Source: Eledone cirrhosa (lineage: Eukaryota). From it: a DNA stretch of 64,000 nucleotides. The stretch is from assembly GCA_964016885.1 (NCBI GenBank), contig OZ024750.1:36456001-36520000 (forward strand). The letters run 5' to 3'. Positions within the stretch are counted from its first letter, which is position 1; each line of letters starts with the position of its first letter. Of this stretch, positions 1-12,800 are shown piece by piece. The translations under genes and the position numbers were made by a program. Under the pieces are notes generated by a model, which did not search any database, was not told where the DNA came from, and saw only the letters and a list, made by a program, of their open reading frames with translations.

Positions 1-546
1 AAAAGACTAGCATGGAATGCTTGGAAAAATGGAGGGAGTAGAGACCGATACACATCCGCTAAGAGAGAAGCTAGACGTCAGGTGTACTTAGCACGCACGG
101 AGGCTGACAGTAGGAGGTTTATCAATGCCCTGCGATGTGAAGATCAGAGACGTGCGGTGTTCCTCATTGCAAGGCAGTGTGTCAGTGTAAATCAGGATGT
201 TGTTGGAGATAAATGTGTCTGGAATGATGCTGGTTTACTTAGTGTCATGAATGATCAGATAAAGGAGGCCTGGAAATGTCATAATGAGAGACTGATGAAT
301 GTGGAGAATGAATGGCAGAGAGAGAAATTACCCTCAGTAGATCCGGCAGAGGGACCAGCTATTGAGATTGACGAATATAGGGTCCAAGAGGCGATTAAGG
401 AAATGAAAAATGGTAAGGCCGCTGGACCGTCGGGGATAGTTGCTGAGATGCTGAAAGCATCAGAAGGAGTAGGCACTAACCTGGTTGCATGCATCGTTAA
501 TCAAGCTATATATGGTGGTGTCAAACTCAAAGACTGGTGTAGCAGT
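1..546 (+). mobile_element. RTE-clade LINE ORF fragment (linker before RT), 5' part of a copy interrupted at 546
   Basis: ORF 82..630 contains WKCHNERLMNVENEW and EVQEAIKEMKNGKAAGPSGIVAEMLKA-like pre-RT motifs (EAIKEMKNGKAAGPSGIVAEMLKA...DWCSS). The reading continues at 1974 (SILINCYKDKGDALERSNYRGIKL). Confidence 0.9.
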
Positions 547-1973
547 CATCATCATCATCATCATCATCATCATCGTTTAACGTCCGTGTTCCACGCTTGC
601 ATGGGTTTGGACAGGAGTTTTCCCACTTGAGGCAAGAGTGGTTGTCTTGCTCGCATAGGACTGTCTGGCGGGTTTTCTACAGTTGGATGCCCTTCCTAAC
701 ACCAACCACATTTACAGTGTGGGGCTGGGAGGTTTTTACCGTGTTACCTACACGGCCACATTACAGCGTGGACTGTGTGTTTTTTTTTCGTGACACCTAC
801 ACGACCTCATTTATTTAGGACTGGATGTTGTGGGTCCAACATAACTTTACATTGAAAGGGGCGGTGTGGATGGGGTGGGGGTGGTGGGACGGGGGTGTAT
901 TTAGTTAGAGATGCCTACTGACTGTAGTAGGTTTTACTTTGTATTTAGGTAACGCGGGTCTTCTCTGTTACTGAGTACCGCCAAAGGTCTCGGTCCAGTG
1001 ACATTGTCTTGGAGAGGTGTAAGTGTGTGAGGTCGGAATTTATCAGCTCGTCCCAGGTTTTTCTGGGTCTGCCTACTCCGTGGCTACCATCTATCTTTAT
1101 TGCCCTGCACTTTGTTATACAGCTGTCGTCTTTCATGCGCATCACGTGACCATACCAACGTAGCCTTCTCTCGATTAAACAACATCTGATCCCTCTTATT
1201 TCTAATTTTTTCCTTAGTTCGTTTATGCTTTGCCGTTCGCGTATATTACTATTACACATCCAGCGGAGCATGCAAGCTTCGTTCCTCTCTAGTCTGCGTA
1301 TATCCTCTGCACACAATGCCCAGGTCTCACTGCCATGCAACATTTCTGTTCGTATGCAGGCATCATACAACCTGCCTTTCACTTTTAGGGAGAACCCTTT
1401 AGCGGCTAATAGTGGTATAAGCTCTCTGAACTTTTTCCATCCAGTTCTGACTCTAGCTACTGTACTTTCAGAGCACCCTCCCCCACTGCTGATTTTGTCA
1501 CCCAGGTAACGGAAGCTGTCCACTATTTCTATAGAACTCTCTGCGCAGTTGAAAGAGCTAGTATTTTGTGGGCACTTGCTGCTACTTATTGCACCAGAGC
1601 ACCGGCCACATGTAAAATCTGTGTTCTTAGTTAGCTTACCTGTGATCCCACTACATCTTTTATGCACCCATACTTTGCATTTGGGACATAAAATGGAGTT
1701 TCTACCTACGCCTTTCCTACACACTGAGCATGGCCATTTTCCGGAAGGGACCGGCGCCTTATTTTCTTTCCTACAAACTAGAACTTTAGTCTTAGCCATG
1801 TTAATTTTAAGGCCTTTTGATTCTAGGCCGTGCTTCCATGTTTGGAATTTCTTCTCTAGCTCGGCCATTGATTCAGCTATGAGCGTTAGGTCATCTGCGT
1901 ATAGGAGTTCCCATGGGCAGCCGGTCTTGAACTCCTCTGTTATAGCCTGAAGAGCAATAATGAATAGTAGGGG
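547..1973 (-). mobile_element. 5'-truncated RTE LINE (RT C-terminal half with embedded PHD finger, 3'UTR, (GAT)n tail) nested in a related copy
   Basis: Open frame includes LLYADDL, INMAKTKVL, C4HC3 PHD, FRYLG, RRLRWYGHVMR and GRPRKTW. Stop at 945, ~370 bp 3'UTR, (CAT)n at 547-573 on the + strand. Flanked by GCAGT at 542-546 and 1974-1978. Confidence 0.92.
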
Positions 1974-2298
1974 GCAGTATTCTTATAAATTGCTACAAAG
2001 ATAAAGGGGATGCTCTGGAGAGGAGCAATTATAGGGGCATAAAGCTGATGGATCAGGTTACAAAAGTGGCAGAAAGAATATTAGCACAACTAATTAGAGA
2101 AAGGGTCAAACTAGATGAGATGCCGTTTGGTTTTGTGCCTGGGAAAAGTACAACAGATGCCCTCTTCTTAGTGAGACAATTACAAGAGCGGTTCTTAGAG
2201 AAGAAGAAGCCACTATACTTAGCTTTTGTTGACCTAGAGAAGGCCTTTGATAAAGTTCCTCGATCTGTCACCTGGTGGTCCCAAGGAAACTAGGTGTT
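1974..2298 (+). mobile_element. RTE LINE RT N-terminal fragment (continuation of 1-546)
   Basis: NYRGIKLMDQVTKVAERI...FGFVPGKSTTDALFLVRQLQE...AFVDLEKAFDKVPR, i.e. RT motifs 1-3. Confidence 0.9.
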
Positions 2299-2452
2299 CA
2301 AACCAGCCATAACCGGCTGTTCTTACTTACATTAAGGTATTTTTCTCAAAATAAATAACATCAAAATCTTGTAGATTCGATATTATGTGTGATAATGTGT
2401 TTTCTGTGAAAATACAATAGTAAATATAGAGTAATGTAAATGCTAAAGGGAT
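2299..2452. mobile_element. partial piggyBac-type MITE
   Basis: Matches the ~225 bp TTAA-flanked family (see 17000-17224) and ends in ...taaatgctaaaggg. Confidence 0.6.
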
Positions 2453-3211
2453 AAAGGGCTAGCATTATCACGTACTGTGTCATGCTGAATCTCCATGAGA
2501 ATTATGTTAAAGATAAGCATATCTGTGGAATGCTCATGTAGTTGATTTTTCAAACATGAATTATTGATCAAACAACTGGAACACTCTTCATCAAAACCAA
2601 TGTCGAACCATTCCATTTTCTTCCAATACATAAGAAAGTATAAAAGTCGTATGTCTTAGCTCTAAGTAATCCATTTTGTGTTGTTGTTATCAGTATTCAC
2701 AGGAATCAGAAGTATCTGCTTACATAATTTCTTATTCCATAAAATTTATTTCCTTCGATTGTATTTATTTCTTAACAGTCGTTTTTTATTGTCTTCATTC
2801 CTATTACTGCTTTCACATTTTCATTATGTTTTTCTCCTCGTCTTGCTTATGTTCATCAAACAAAGAAATAGACTGCACTACCATATTGTAGTGGAATGGA
2901 TGGTATTGAGTGTTTCCAGCTGTAAAAAAACACTTAATCCAACAATAGATATGCAAATATTCAAATTTGCAGAACCATCTCATTCGTGAAGAAATGAATC
3001 TAAAAACCACACACACACACAGGTATGCATATACACACATACACATGTGTGCGCACACACACACATAAATGCACAGACACATGCACACACAGACAAAAAA
3101 AAATAAATAAATAAAAAAAATGAAATAATAAAAAATGAAATGAAATATAAATAAAATAAAAATAAAAAATAAGAATAAAATGATATAAAATGAGAATAAA
3201 ATAATATAAAA

Positions 3212-3414
3212 TAATTGTTTCCACTTTTGGCACAAGGCCAGCAATTATCCCATTCTCCAAATACTGGTACTTTATTTTATCGACCATTAAGGTCGATGAA
3301 AGGCAAAGTTAACTTCGGCAGGATTAACTTTGTCTTTCATCCTTACGGAGTCGATAAAATGAAGTACCAGTAATGCACTGGAGTAATTGCTGGCCTTGTG
3401 CCAAATGTAGAAAC
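3212..3414. mobile_element. two truncated Nin/Deu-domain SINE halves in inverted orientation
   Basis: Minus copy (tgtttccacttttggcacaaggccagc...gatgaaaggcaaagttaac) is followed directly by a plus copy (ttaactttgtctttcatccttacggagtcgataaaat...gtagaaac). Confidence 0.75.
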
Positions 3415-3942
3415 ATAAAACATTATAAAATAAAATGAAATAAAGTAAAATTAAATAAAGTAAAATTAAATAAAGTAAAATTAAATAAAGTAATATAAAA
3501 TATAATAAAACCCAAAATAAAAAAAAATGAAATAAAATATATTTATGGTTTTAAGCTACCCTGAAATAAATTAACTCTCACAGTCTGCTTCTTCAATATA
3601 AGATGGTCTCTCCAGGGATTAATAAAACAATATAATGTTGACCTTTCTGCCTTGTTTAATTCCTGAAGTAAATTAATCACATTCTTATGATATTCAAATG
3701 TTGAAACTGATCTCACACTTACAAAGCAGCATTTCATTCTTTGGAACTAACAGAGCATGAAAATGAAAGACAATTACCTTCAGTTATAGCAATATTCCAT
3801 GAAGGAATATATGTATGTGCGTATATATATGTATATAACATATATATATATAATATACATATATATATATATTGTTTATATGTATATATAATATATATAT
3901 ATATATAATATATATATATATATATAATATATATATATATAG

Positions 3943-4164
3943 TGAAGGCGTGTGGCTGAATGGTTAGAGAATTGGATTCACAATTGTAAGGTTGTGAGTT
4001 CGATTCCTGGACCAGGCGATGCGTTATGTCCTTGAGCAAGACACTTTATTTCACGTTGTTCCTTCTACCTGGAGTTGCGACCGATAGATAGTATTAGCAA
4101 TTGGAAAGACCAACAGAAACATTGTTCCCTCGGTCCGATTTGACGAAAGTCGATCGTTCCTTAA
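3943..4164 (+). mobile_element. tRNA-derived SINE (CORE/V-like central domain, variant tail)
   Basis: A-box-like tggctgaatggttag, B-box gagttcgattcc, central gtccttgagcaagacactttatttcac. Confidence 0.75.
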
Positions 4165-4182
4165 ATATATATATATATATAT

Positions 4183-4678
4183 TACTAGCAGATTTACCCG
4201 GCGTTGCCCGGGATTTGAAATTATGCTAAGAAGTGAAAGAAGAAAATTATTTGTCCCCATCCTGTCAAAATAAGCAGAAGTCTTCAATAATTAATACAAA
4301 CAAATATTTAGTGCAATCTTTGTACACATAAAACTATGTTGATAATGAAGGAAAACACTGAACAGGATGTAGTTATACAAATGATTAAAGACAATACATG
4401 TTGCAAATCTGTAAAAAAACAGGCAGTTTTGGTAAAGTACAAAAAGTTGTAATGAAAGCAGAGTTGTATACAAACAAAAAAACAATGAGAGTAGAATAAG
4501 AGAAAATGTATTCTTGCTATCGATTTTTTATTGCTCAACGTGGGTCGATTTGAAAAATTATTGTCATGTGACCATCTTAGCGGCAGGTGCAGCGTGCACA
4601 GAAAATTTGGTCAAATTTGGCTGGGAATTATAAAAGCCTTAGCTGTCTAAAGTTGTCCACAGACACACATCTTCGCTT

Positions 4679-4685
<7 letters not shown>
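4183..4685. mobile_element. non-autonomous Helitron/Helentron-like (DINE-1/HINE-type) element
   Basis: Terminal tactagcagatttacccggcgttgcccggg with a GC hairpin. The other end, acagacacacatcttcgcttta, runs into (TA)n. This architecture is typical of DINE-1/HINE elements. Confidence 0.55.
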
Positions 4686-4743
<58 letters not shown>

Positions 4744-4990
4744 GTATATACAAATATATTATATATATATATGTATATACAAATATATTATATATATAAT
4801 ATATATATATATGTATATTATATATATAATATATATATATATATAACCAAAGATTAATATGGTTCATTGATTACTCAATGAATACAGTTTTACAATAGAT
4901 TAAAAGCACTCAACAAAGAAATATTGATGGAGTTTTAATATTATTCAAAATATTAACAAATGAAGATATTCACATAATCAAAATATATGC

Positions 4991-5053
4991 TTTATTATAT
5001 ATATTTCGAAGGTATTGTGTTGTTTTTTTTCCAGTACGTCCTCGTCAGATAAA
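4991..5053 (-). ncRNA. type I hammerhead ribozyme (Penelope-like/retrozyme type)
   Basis: Minus strand reads UUUAU CUGACGA [34-nt stem II, G...C closed] GAAA UAUAUA UA AUAAA. Stem I is UUUAU/AUAAA and the predicted cleavage triplet is AUA. Confidence 0.7.
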
Positions 5054-5714
5054 ATATATGATTTGATATATGACATACCTCTACGGTCTTGATATTTCCA
5101 TTCCAGTATTGGCAGTGATTTATTTCATCAAATCTCAACATTTATATACCACAAATAATATGATAAACTTAAAGAAGAAAAGGACGTGGAGCGAATTAGA
5201 GATATAAGAGAGTGTGTAAAGAAGAGGATATGCAAAAAATATATATATAAGAAAAAGAAAGAGAAAAAATAAAAAATACATATATCAATGAATATATAGA
5301 TGGGTGAAAAGGATGAAGAAATATATATAAACAAGAAGAAAAAGAAGAAAGAAAGAAGAAATAACGACAAAAGAGTAGAAAAAACCCTTGTTTTCAAATA
5401 TTAGGTCAATTGAGTCAAACAATCAGTTACCATAGACCATTGAATATCTCTAGTATTTGGTTATAGTTAAGCTAATTATACTAATATAATACATCAAAAT
5501 TAATCAATATACATTACTTTTCATAGCCTTCACATATTTAATTAAAAATTTATATAATTTAATTTAACTCATTATAAATTTTAGGAGGCAGATATTAATA
5601 AACAAAGTCCTTAATTACAAACCCTTAAATGTAAGTATATATTGTATATATATGTATATACATATATATATTATATATATATATGTATATACATATATAT
5701 TTTATACATATATA

Positions 5715-6210
5715 CACACTTACACCTCTCCAAGACAATGTCACTGGACCGTGATCTTTGGCGCTACACAGTAATACAGAAGACCCGCCTTGCCTAAGTA
5801 CAAAGCGAAACCTACAGTCAGTAGGCACCTCTAACAAAAATACACCCCTGCCCCACTACCCCCACCCCATCCACACCACTCCCTTCAATGTGAAGTTATG
5901 TTGGTACCACAACATCCAGTCCGAAACAAATGAGGTCGTGTAGGTGTCACAACAAAAAAAAACACACAGTCCACGCTGTAATGTGGCCGTGTAAGTAACA
6001 CGGTAAAAACCTCCCAGTCCACACTGTAAACGTGGTTGGTGTTAGGAAGGGCATCCAGCCGTAGAAAACCTGCCAGACAGTCCTATACGAGCAGGACAAC
6101 CACTCTTGCCTCAAGTCGGAAAACTCCCGTCCAAACCCATGCAAGCGTGGAATATGGACGTTAAATGATGATGATGATGATGATGTCGACGACGACGACG
6201 ATGATGATGA
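5715..6210 (+). mobile_element. RTE LINE 3' end fragment (same family as 547-1973)
   Basis: Last codons (cacttacacctctccaagacaatgtcactggacc) plus the 3'UTR and (GAT)n tail match the reverse complement of ~547-1030. Confidence 0.85.
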
Positions 6211-6851
6211 TATATGTTTATATATAATATATGTATATTATATATTTATATGTATATATAATATATATATGTATATAATATATATATGTATATATATATA
6301 TAATATATATACATGTATATATATAATATATATATATGTATATATATGTATATATATGTATATACAATATATATATGTATGTATATATATATATAGAGAG
6401 AGATAGAGAGAGAAAGAGAGAGGTGGGGGAGGTTTCTCTTATTACATCATATAAGCTTTTAAACACTCCTGTTATGTGTTTCAATATCTCCTCTCCCGTT
6501 TTCTAGTGAGTCAACATGATATTTCTAGAATCATTGGCACATTAGAATATTAACCAAATATCTTTTCTTTTCTTTAGTTTATGAGAATGTTTCATTGTTG
6601 AATAGTTATCGTCTTTGGTGAGATTATGTTGAGAAAAAAAAAAAATTCTTGCTGACTTTCATTGTGTATTTATCAATATATATATACACACACACATATA
6701 CAAATATATATATATATATACATTTATATTCCTGATCTGTAAAACATCTGATGTTATTACATTGAGCTATTTTTCTTACTGGTAATTAGGTAGTAATGAA
6801 TTACTGCCCTTTCCTGTTTATAGTTGTATATAGTGTATACATATTTATAAA

Positions 6852-6903
<52 letters not shown>

Positions 6904-6941
6904 TACATTGAGAGAAAGAGAGTAAGACAGACATATATATA

Positions 6942-7296
6942 TGCAATCGAAAGGTTGTGAGTTCAATTCTCAGACCGGGTGATGTGTTGTCTCCTTGAGC
7001 AAGAAACTTTATTTCACATTGCTCCAGTTTACTCAGCTGTAGAAATGAGATGATAGGGACCCCAGTCCCTATTATTCCACTGCAAAGTGGTCGTGGAGGT
7101 GCCACGGCAAAAAAGCACCCAGCCCACATTGCAAAGTGGTCGTGGAGGTTTCATGGCAAAAAAGCACCCAGCACTCACTGTAAATGAGATTGGTGTTAGG
7201 AAGGGCATCCAGCTGTAGAAATCAAGCCAGAATCAGTTCCCGCCCCACCCTTGCAAGCAGGGAAAAGCGGACGTAAAATGATGATGATAATGATGA
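6942..7296 (+). mobile_element. tRNA-derived CORE/V-like SINE with RTE-derived tail (family A)
   Basis: gagttcaattc B-box, ccttgagcaagaaactttatttcacattgctcc core, ggtgttaggaagggcatccagc...ggacgtaaaatgatgat tail, two internal ~45 bp units. Confidence 0.85.
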
Positions 7297-7619
7297 TATA
7301 TGCATCATGGACATTATTTTAAAACTACATCATAACAGTATGTATGTATCACTATCATCCTCATCTTTTAACGTCTATTTTCCACATTAGCATGGGTTAG
7401 ATGGGTTGTACCATTTGACGCAAGTTAGGCCAGGTGACCGTCATATATATATATTATATATTACTGATCTGAGCACACTGATCCCACAATAGCTGGCAAT
7501 GAAAAAACTGTGGGAAACTAAATTAGAACAACCTGCCATCCCCCACACATCATAATAAACCGAAATCAAGGAACAATGCTCGTAGTTTATGCAACAAAAT
7601 ATATCATTATGATTCATTT

Positions 7620-7956
7620 CATTCATTCATTTCATTTTACGTCCACTTTTCCCTGCTTGCAAGAGTGGGACGGGAACTGATTCTGGCTTTTCTACAGTTG
7701 GATGCCCTTCCTAACACCAACCTCATTTACAGTGATTGCTGGGTGCTTTTTTGCCGTGGCAGCTCCACGACCACTTTGCAGTGGAATGATAGGGACCGCA
7801 GTCCCTATCATCTCATTTCTACAGCTGAGTAAACTGGAACAATGTGAAATAAAGTGTCTTGCTCAAGGAAACAACACATCACCCAGTCTGAGAATTGAAC
7901 TCACAACCTTTCGATTGCAAGGCCAATGCTCTAACCACTAAGCCATGTGCCTCCAT
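7620..7956 (-). mobile_element. SINE family A, full length
   Basis: Reverse complement of the copy at 18376-18714. Confidence 0.88.
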
Positions 7957-7959
7957 TCT

Positions 7960-9655
7960 TACATCAAAAGTATTGACCCCAATTTCATTACAGTCACGGA
8001 AACATGGGCACATTCCTTACACTGTGATGGAGTTTTCAGTATAGCTGGCTACAACTTGTTATGCAAGGACCACATTAATCATCGTGGTGGTGTGATATCT
8101 ACATTCATTCAAACTTTTCAGTAATTTCTTGCGTTGATCTGAACCAATTACGGCAAGAAGTATTTTTCTGCGATATATGTATGACCATGTCAACACTTCT
8201 ACTTGGAGCTGTTTGCCGCGCCGCCCCTCTTTCCAAATTACCATCAGGACACACAGCTCTGTGATATCCTCAGAGCTACTGCCAGGAAAACAGCCAATTA
8301 TGTTTTTATCACAGACGATATCAATCACCCCTGAGATTGATTGGGAAACCTTTCGTTGGCCACAAAGTGCAAATGATTTCCTTGAGCTAGTGCTGGACTC
8401 GAACTGGTCCCAAGTAGTCACCACCCCAACAATAAGTGACAACACTTTGGATCTACCTTTTACCACTACTCCTGAAATGGTTATTAGTGTTACTACTGAG
8501 GAACCTTTAGGTGGCTTTGATCATTGCCAATCTTATGGGCAGTAACAAAACCCACAACCATCTCCAAACTGCTCACTTTGACTGGAATAAAGCAGACTGG
8601 AACTCTTACTGCACCGAGCTACAATGTCCAAACTGGCTTGAATTTTATGACTCTGGAGATGTGAACACTGTACTTCAGAACTCCTGAACTCAATATGGAC
8701 AACATGTGCAGCATCAATACCAAGTAAGCACAAAAGAATCCCCAAAGTACAATTTGGGAGACTGCAGCAGTCTGACTTGCCAAGAAAGAGCATCGTAATG
8801 TTGAATGGGAATACAAACTGCATAAATCAGATATCAATAGGAAAAAGCACAATGAATCATCCAACCATCTCAAGCAGGTGACAAATAAAGCAGTGCTTGA
8901 ATTTGAATGGTGCATAGCAACCAACCCTGACAGTAAGGTGTTCTGGAAATATATACATTCAAAGCAGAAACCTCACTCTCCAGTTGGTCCTCTTCACAAT
9001 CCCCACACAGGCCAGATTACTGTTGAAAACCAAAACATACCATCTCCACCACCTCTGACATCAAATTCTATTACAACTATGGAATTTACACCTGCAATGC
9101 TGCGATATCACCTTAAGAATAAATGCAATTATGCCTCTCTTGGTCTTGATGGTGTTACGTACCTGCTTCTCAAATGTGGTGAGTACTTCCTTCTGCACCA
9201 ACTTTCACTCTTCTTTCAAAAGTGACTTAACATTGGTGCTACTCCGGAGCAGTGGAAAACTGCCAGTGTCATTCCTCTGTTCAAAAAGGGTGACCGCACG
9301 TCGCCTGTCAACTATCGTCCAGTCAGTCTTACTAGCTGCATTGCCAAACTGATGGAATCTCGTGTCAGAGAAACACTTTGGAACTTCTGGAACTCTCACA
9401 ACCTTATCCGGCCCTCACAATTTGAATTTATCCCTAATTCCAGCTGCTGTGATCAACTTATCGAGTTTCTTAAAAACATCACCCTGTTCACTGATGGCAG
9501 CTCATGGGTAGAAGTTGTTTACTTTCACTTTGATAAAGCTTTTAATTCTGTGCCACACAAAAGACTTATAGCAAAATTCTCTGCAATGGGTGTGAAGGAT
9601 GATCTTTTTAACTGGTTGAAGTCCTTCATTCTCAGTCAAAGAGAGGTAGTGACAT
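7960..9655 (+). mobile_element. decayed CR1-like LINE ORF2 (APE endonuclease plus RT N-terminal part)
   Basis: Frameshifted motifs: FITVTETW, SQVVTTPTISDNTLDL, KVFWKYIHSK, LFKKGDRTSPVNYRPVSLTSCIAKLMES and YFHFDKAFNSVPHKRLIAK. Confidence 0.85.
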
Positions 9656-9748
9656 TGCTATATCTATGTAATGCCCTGAGTGTGTGTGTGTGTACAAATG
9701 CCTTGAACTTACAGCATTGTCTAACTTGAAAAAAAACCCTGCTGACGG

Positions 9749-10033
9749 TTAACTCTTTAGCATTTATATTACTCTATATCATCATCATCATTTTACATCC
9801 GCTTTTCCCTGCTTGCAAGGGTTGGACGGGTCCTATTCAGCTCAGCATCTCTCCACTTGTCATGGTCCTTAAAGGCTTTACCTCTCATAATTATCTCACA
9901 TAATATCAAATCTATGAGATTTTGATAAAAAAAACCTTAACATCAGTATAAGTGGCCAGTTAGGGCCGGTTTAAACAGAAAGAGGTAAGAGAATTCTGGC
10001 CTGATACGGCCTGTTTAAATGCTAAAGGGCTAA
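9749..10033. mobile_element. piggyBac-type MITE carrying a short SINE/LINE-tail insertion
   Basis: ttaa-ctctttagcattta ... taaatgctaaaggg-ctaa, with an internal (CAT)n/ccgcttttccctgcttgcaagg tail fragment. Confidence 0.65.
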
Positions 10034-10544
10034 TGTAATAGTGTCTTGGGAAGGTAATACGGGGTGTGTGTATGAAAGAAAGAATTTCAAATATGAAGAA
10101 ATTCTGGAGTGATGAGCTGTACAAGGATAGCAGTGTGCAGTGCTTCCAGTAGCAGTAGGTTGTTTGGGATTTGTAGTTAGATCTGATATGTCTTACCTGG
10201 CTGAAATTGGACATAGAAATGAGAGTATAACGGTGATTCAAGAGCAAGAGAAAAAGTGGAAAATACTTCATTATGGATATAGAAATATTTGAGAAAAAAA
10301 GACTGAAAGCAGAAGGCAAACCCTTAGGGGTAGATTGAATCATTCCTGAATGACTGAAGTTAATACAGAAATATGTTGATTCTCGAGATGGTTACATGAA
10401 TAATGAAAGGAAAAATTGTGATGCATGTTGCCTCATAAACAGTATGATTGTTTTTATAATTGTTTCTACTTTAGGCACAAGGCCGAAAGTTGATTAAATG
10501 GTGGACGAAGGTTGATTAAATCGATGCACAGTGCATGACTGGTC

Positions 10545-10890
10545 ATCATCATTTCATCATTTCATTTTACGTCCGCTTTTTCCCTGCTTGCAAGGGTGGG
10601 ACGGGAACTGATTCTGGCTTGATTTCTACAGCTGGATGCCCTTCTTAACACCAACCTCATTTACAGTGAGTGCTGGGTGCTTTTTTGCCGTGGCACCTCC
10701 ATGACCACTTTGCAGTGGAATGATATGGACCCCAGTCCCTATCATCTCATTTCTACAGCTGAGTAAACTGGAGCAATGTGAAATAAAGTGTCTTGCTCAA
10801 GGAAACAACACATCTCCCAGTCTGAGAATTGAACTCACAACCTTTCGATTGCAAGGCCAATGCTCTAACCACTAAGCCTTGTGCCTCCAT
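10545..10890 (-). mobile_element. SINE family A inserted into a Nin-domain SINE (10460-11030)
   Basis: Full family A copy. The flanks (tttctactttaggcacaaggcc... and ...ggatgagaggcaaagctaacc...gccaatccac) are the two halves of a family B SINE. Confidence 0.85.
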
Positions 10891-11403
10891 TACTTTTTTT
10901 ATCAACCCCAGAAGGATGAGAGGCAAAGCTAACCTTGGCGAGATTTGAACTCAGAATATAAAGGGTCGTAACTCTATGCTGTAAAGCATGTTGTCTGATG
11001 CTCTATCGATACTGCCAATCCACTGCCCTAATTGTATTTATAATAATAACCATTTTATGTAAAAATTTGATGGGCATGTTAATTGAATATCTATGCTGCT
11101 ATCTTCTGTGGATTCAGATATTAAATCTTACATATAATTCATCTCAGTATTTATATTTTTACTTTGGTATCAAATGAGTTTCATCTCATGCTTATTTAGA
11201 ATTTGATCGATGTTTAATTCTAAAACATTTCTTTGCATAATTCATGTAAATCTAATATCTAACACCTACACCCATTTGAAACATTCAAGTCTAAATTCAA
11301 TCCAATGTTAAGCTGGTATAAGATCTGTGTTAGTGTATGTTAGCAATATCATTAAAAAACAAAACAAGTTTACAAGATAATTAATTTTACACCATAAAAT
11401 AAT

Positions 11404-11590
11404 AATTGTTTCTACTTTAGGCACAAGGCCAGCAATTACCCAGTGCATTACTGGTACTTTATTTTATCGACCCCGTAAGGATGAAAGGCAAAGTCAACCT
11501 CGGCGGGATTTGAACTCAGATCGTAAAGGGACGTAACTATGCTGGAAAGCATGGCGTCCGACCCTCTACTGATACTGCCAATCCACCGCC
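11404..11590 (-). mobile_element. tRNA-derived Nin/Deu-domain SINE (family B), full length with TSD
   Basis: Read on minus: ggcggtggattggcagtatc, gagttcaaatcc B-box, gcctttcatccttacggggtcgataaaataaagtaccag Nin/Deu-like domain, (ATT)n tail. ccataaaataataat is duplicated at both flanks. Confidence 0.88.
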
Positions 11591-11859
11591 CATAAAATAA
11601 TAATGAATAATCCACACCATAAAATAATAATGAATAATAATAATGAAATTATTGTGTACAGTGCTCAGGTGCACTACAACTCGTCAAAGGTTCATGTATA
11701 GTAGATAGAATAATATACAAATGTCAGGGAAGTGAATAGTGTATGAGTCATGATATACATGTGTGTATGTGTATGAAGGGGGAACATTAGGTGATAGTGT
11801 GACATTTTGAAAGGTAGACATATGTAATGAAAATGTAGAAAAGGAAAACAAAACAGATG

Positions 11860-12212
11860 TTTGAAACCAGCTGTAACTAGCCACTCATACTGATGTTACG
11901 GTATTGTTCTCCAAATAAATATCAAAATATCATAGGTTCCATATTAGATAAGATAATTAAGTGAAATAAAGTATTTACGATGAAAAGATAATAGTAAATA
12001 TAAAGTAATGTAAATGCTAAAGAGTTAAACTGGCTGTAGCTGGCCAGAATTCTCTCACCTCCTTCTACTCAAACCGGCTGTAACTAGCCACTCATACTTA
12101 TGTTAATGTATTATTTTCAAAATAAATAATATCAAAATCTCATAGATTCGATATTAAGTGAGATTACTGCAAAAATACTAGAGTATATATAAAGTATGAA
12201 TGTTAAAGGGTT
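11860..12212. mobile_element. two tandem partial piggyBac-type MITE copies
   Basis: Both match the 17000-17224 family and end in ...tgctaaagagttaa and ...tgttaaaggg. Confidence 0.6.
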
Positions 12213-12351
12213 CAGTGTTAGGATATTTCATCAAGAGGAAGTTATATCTGAACAAATATAACAACAAACATGTCAAAAGAACAAAGAGATTTAACCCTGT
12301 CTTCAGATAACAACTGAATTGAATGTATATTATTAGGATATTATCAAAGTA

Positions 12352-12800
12352 GGGTTGTAGATTGGCAGTACCTGTAGAGTGTCGGACAACAGGCTTTGCA
12401 GCATAGAATTACCTCCCTTTATGTTCTGAGTTCAAATCCTGCTGAGGTTAGTTTTGACTTTCATCCTTACAAGGTTAAAATAAAGTACCAGTAATACACT
12501 GGGGTAAATTTAATTGACTTTTCTCCCCCTCCTCAAATTACTGGCCTTGTGTATAAATCAGAAACTGTTATGATACATCAAAATAAGGCTGTTGATTGGC
12601 AGTATCTGTAGAGCTTTGGACATAGTTTGTGGCATAGAGTTACGACCCTTTATGCTCTGATAACAAATCTGGTCATGGTTAGCTTTGCCTTTCGTCCTTA
12701 AGAGGTCGATAAAGTAAAGTACCAGTAATGCACTGGGATTGATTTAATCGACTTTTCTTTCCCCTAAAATTGTTGGCCTTGTGCCTAAATCAGAAACCAT
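12352..12800 (+). mobile_element. two tandem diverged Nin-domain SINEs
   Basis: gattggcagta...ctttcatcctta...taaagtaccagtaat...ggccttgtg occurs twice. Confidence 0.75.

Noticed and set aside
2640-3000. Possible small host exons (also ~3540-3800, ~13460, ~14465, ~52830)
   Set aside because: AG/GT candidates exist, but the frames are short or closed and no protein similarity is recognisable.
10040-10420. Possible very old LINE endonuclease fragment (KKFWSD...GFVVRSD)
   Set aside because: The similarity is too weak and fragmentary to support without a search.
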